The translations under genes and the position numbers were made by a program. From an uncultured delta proteobacterium (lineage in GTDB: Bacteria > Desulfobacterota > BSN033 > UBA1163), in the NCBI GenBank assembly GCA_963827685.1, contig CAWHBU010000006.1, positions 224,001 to 288,000 on the forward strand: a stretch of DNA of 64,000 nucleotides. The letters run 5' to 3'. Under the pieces are notes generated by a model. The model did not search any database, was not told the DNA's origin, and saw only the letters and a list, made by a program, of their open reading frames with translations. Shown piece by piece: positions 62,795-64,000 of the stretch. How positions within the stretch are numbered: the first letter of the stretch is position 1; every line of letters starts with the position of its first letter.

Positions 62795-63604
62795 TTAGCT
62801 CTTTTCCACAGACTCCAATTCAAATTCGATATCTCCAATGGGAAGCTGCAGCTCAATCAAGATCGGAGTCTTTTCCCCATGGGTCGTGTACCAGATTCGG
62901 ATTTTCCCCTCTTTATCTTCAAAGGAAGAAAAGGAAGTGTTGGACTCGAGACATACTGCCTCAACCTCTCCATACCTCTTTGACTTTACCTTCCCCTTTT
63001 TTGAATAAAAGACCATCTGGCGCAACTTCACCCCGTCGAAAATGGACATCTGAATATCCTGACCTGGATGAATTTCTTCTTTCAAATAACATTTGGCAAA
63101 CATCGAAAGAGGGTCATACGTCTCGGACGAAAGGGGAATCTCTTGCCTCTCTTTTTTCTCCCCTTTTTTCTCCCTTTTTTCCACCACCATCTTCTTATTA
63201 GGGTAATCAAACGTGATCGTTTGAGAATAATTCTTCTTCTCGATCAGAAATCCCTCCTGATCAATTTCTTTCACATATTGGACTGGAGAGCAGGTCTCCT
63301 CATCCATGGTTGAGAGAAATCGGTTTTTCATTCTGAATAAGAATCCGAGATGGAGAGATTCCACGGAGGCATGAATCCGGTAGAGAAGCTTTCCTTCTCC
63401 GGAAGATCCATTTTCAATTTTAATGGAAGCCTTGAGGATGGGAACACCGAACTTTTTTGCTGTATATACAAAAACCTTTCCCGGCCCAAGTTTTGGTTCC
63501 GGAATCTGTTTCTGCTCATTGCTATAGGCGGCGAATCCCGACCCTGAAATGGCTCCAATAAAAAAGAGCAACCCGATGGCTAACTTCCGTTTGTCCTGTC
63601 TCAT
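62795..63604 (-). CDS. DUF3108-family exported protein
   Basis: Signal-like N-terminus, YDPLS, IFDG, IWYT...KTP. Confidence 0.72.
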   Translation of the reverse strand: MRQDKRKLAIGLLFFIGAISGSGFAAYSNEQKQIPEPKLGPGKVFVYTAKKFGVPILKASIKIENGSSGEGKLLYRIHASVESLHLGFLFRMKNRFLSTMDEETCSPVQYVKEIDQEGFLIEKKNYSQTITFDYPNKKMVVEKREKKGEKKERQEIPLSSETYDPLSMFAKCYLKEEIHPGQDIQMSIFDGVKLRQMVFYSKKGKVKSKRYGEVEAVCLESNTSFSSFEDKEGKIRIWYTTHGEKTPILIELQLPIGDIEFELESVEKS

Positions 63605-63747
63605 GTCCTTTGACTCATTAGGAACTAAAATTATTTTAAATCATCTCTCACCTGGGAAGCAAATATTTTCCCCGGGTTGCCTTGACAGGTCAAATTTATA
63701 TGTGCTACCGATGAAAACAAGTCAAAAACCATCGATAGGGCAAAACG

Positions 63748-64000
63748 ATGCGTGTGGCATCCATTCAGTTAAAAATCACGGAGGAACCAAAAGAAAAAGC
63801 TTTGGCACATGCTTCTGAGATGATTCGCCAATGTCAGGGCGCAGATCTTATCCTCCTGCCAGAACTCTGGAATATTGGATTTATGAGCTTTGATCGTTAT
63901 AGGAATGAGGCCGAAACGCAAGAGGGTTCGACCTTAACCCTCCTTCGCGCACTGGCCAAGGAACTTTCCTGCCATCTTCATACCGGAAGTCTTATAGAAA
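63748..64000 (+). CDS. Carbon-nitrogen hydrolase (nitrilase family), 3' partial
   Basis: MRVASIQL...ADLILLPELWNIGF...GSLIE. Confidence 0.88.
   Translation, partial: MRVASIQLKITEEPKEKALAHASEMIRQCQGADLILLPELWNIGFMSFDRYRNEAETQEGSTLTLLRALAKELSCHLHTGSLIE

Overview
This 64 kb window comes from an anaerobic deltaproteobacterium-like (Desulfobacterota-type) chromosome. Both ends carry mostly housekeeping and redox genes: comEC 3' end, chrA, cytochrome c peroxidase, aldehyde:ferredoxin oxidoreductase, a heme-sensor kinase, queF, arsC, a por-type operon, rsmE, lon, dnaJ/cbpA, clpX-like, deoxyhypusine synthase-like, ino1 and an FAD flavoprotein. Several features are absent from the ORF track. Two small genes each contain two in-frame TGA codons with downstream SECIS-like hairpins (a Uxx-star glutaredoxin-like protein and a rhodanese with a U-A-U motif). 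There is also a c-di-GMP-I riboswitch, a 276-bp MITE with a 9-bp target duplication, a D-arm-less tRNA-Arg(CCG) remnant, and a YHS protein. The centre (~24.1-44.5 kb) is a co-oriented accessory island with no integrase. It holds an NspV-like R-M pair with a dead nuclease and degenerate attC-like sites. This is followed by a sigma54-driven mosaic of Spy/CpxP, small secreted proteins with Tyr/Pro-rich tails built from shuffled modules, two Skp genes, an extra BamA and a GC-rich MacAB-TolC-type exporter. That envelope/export mosaic is the best candidate for an undescribed system. All calls were made by eye; no database searches were run.
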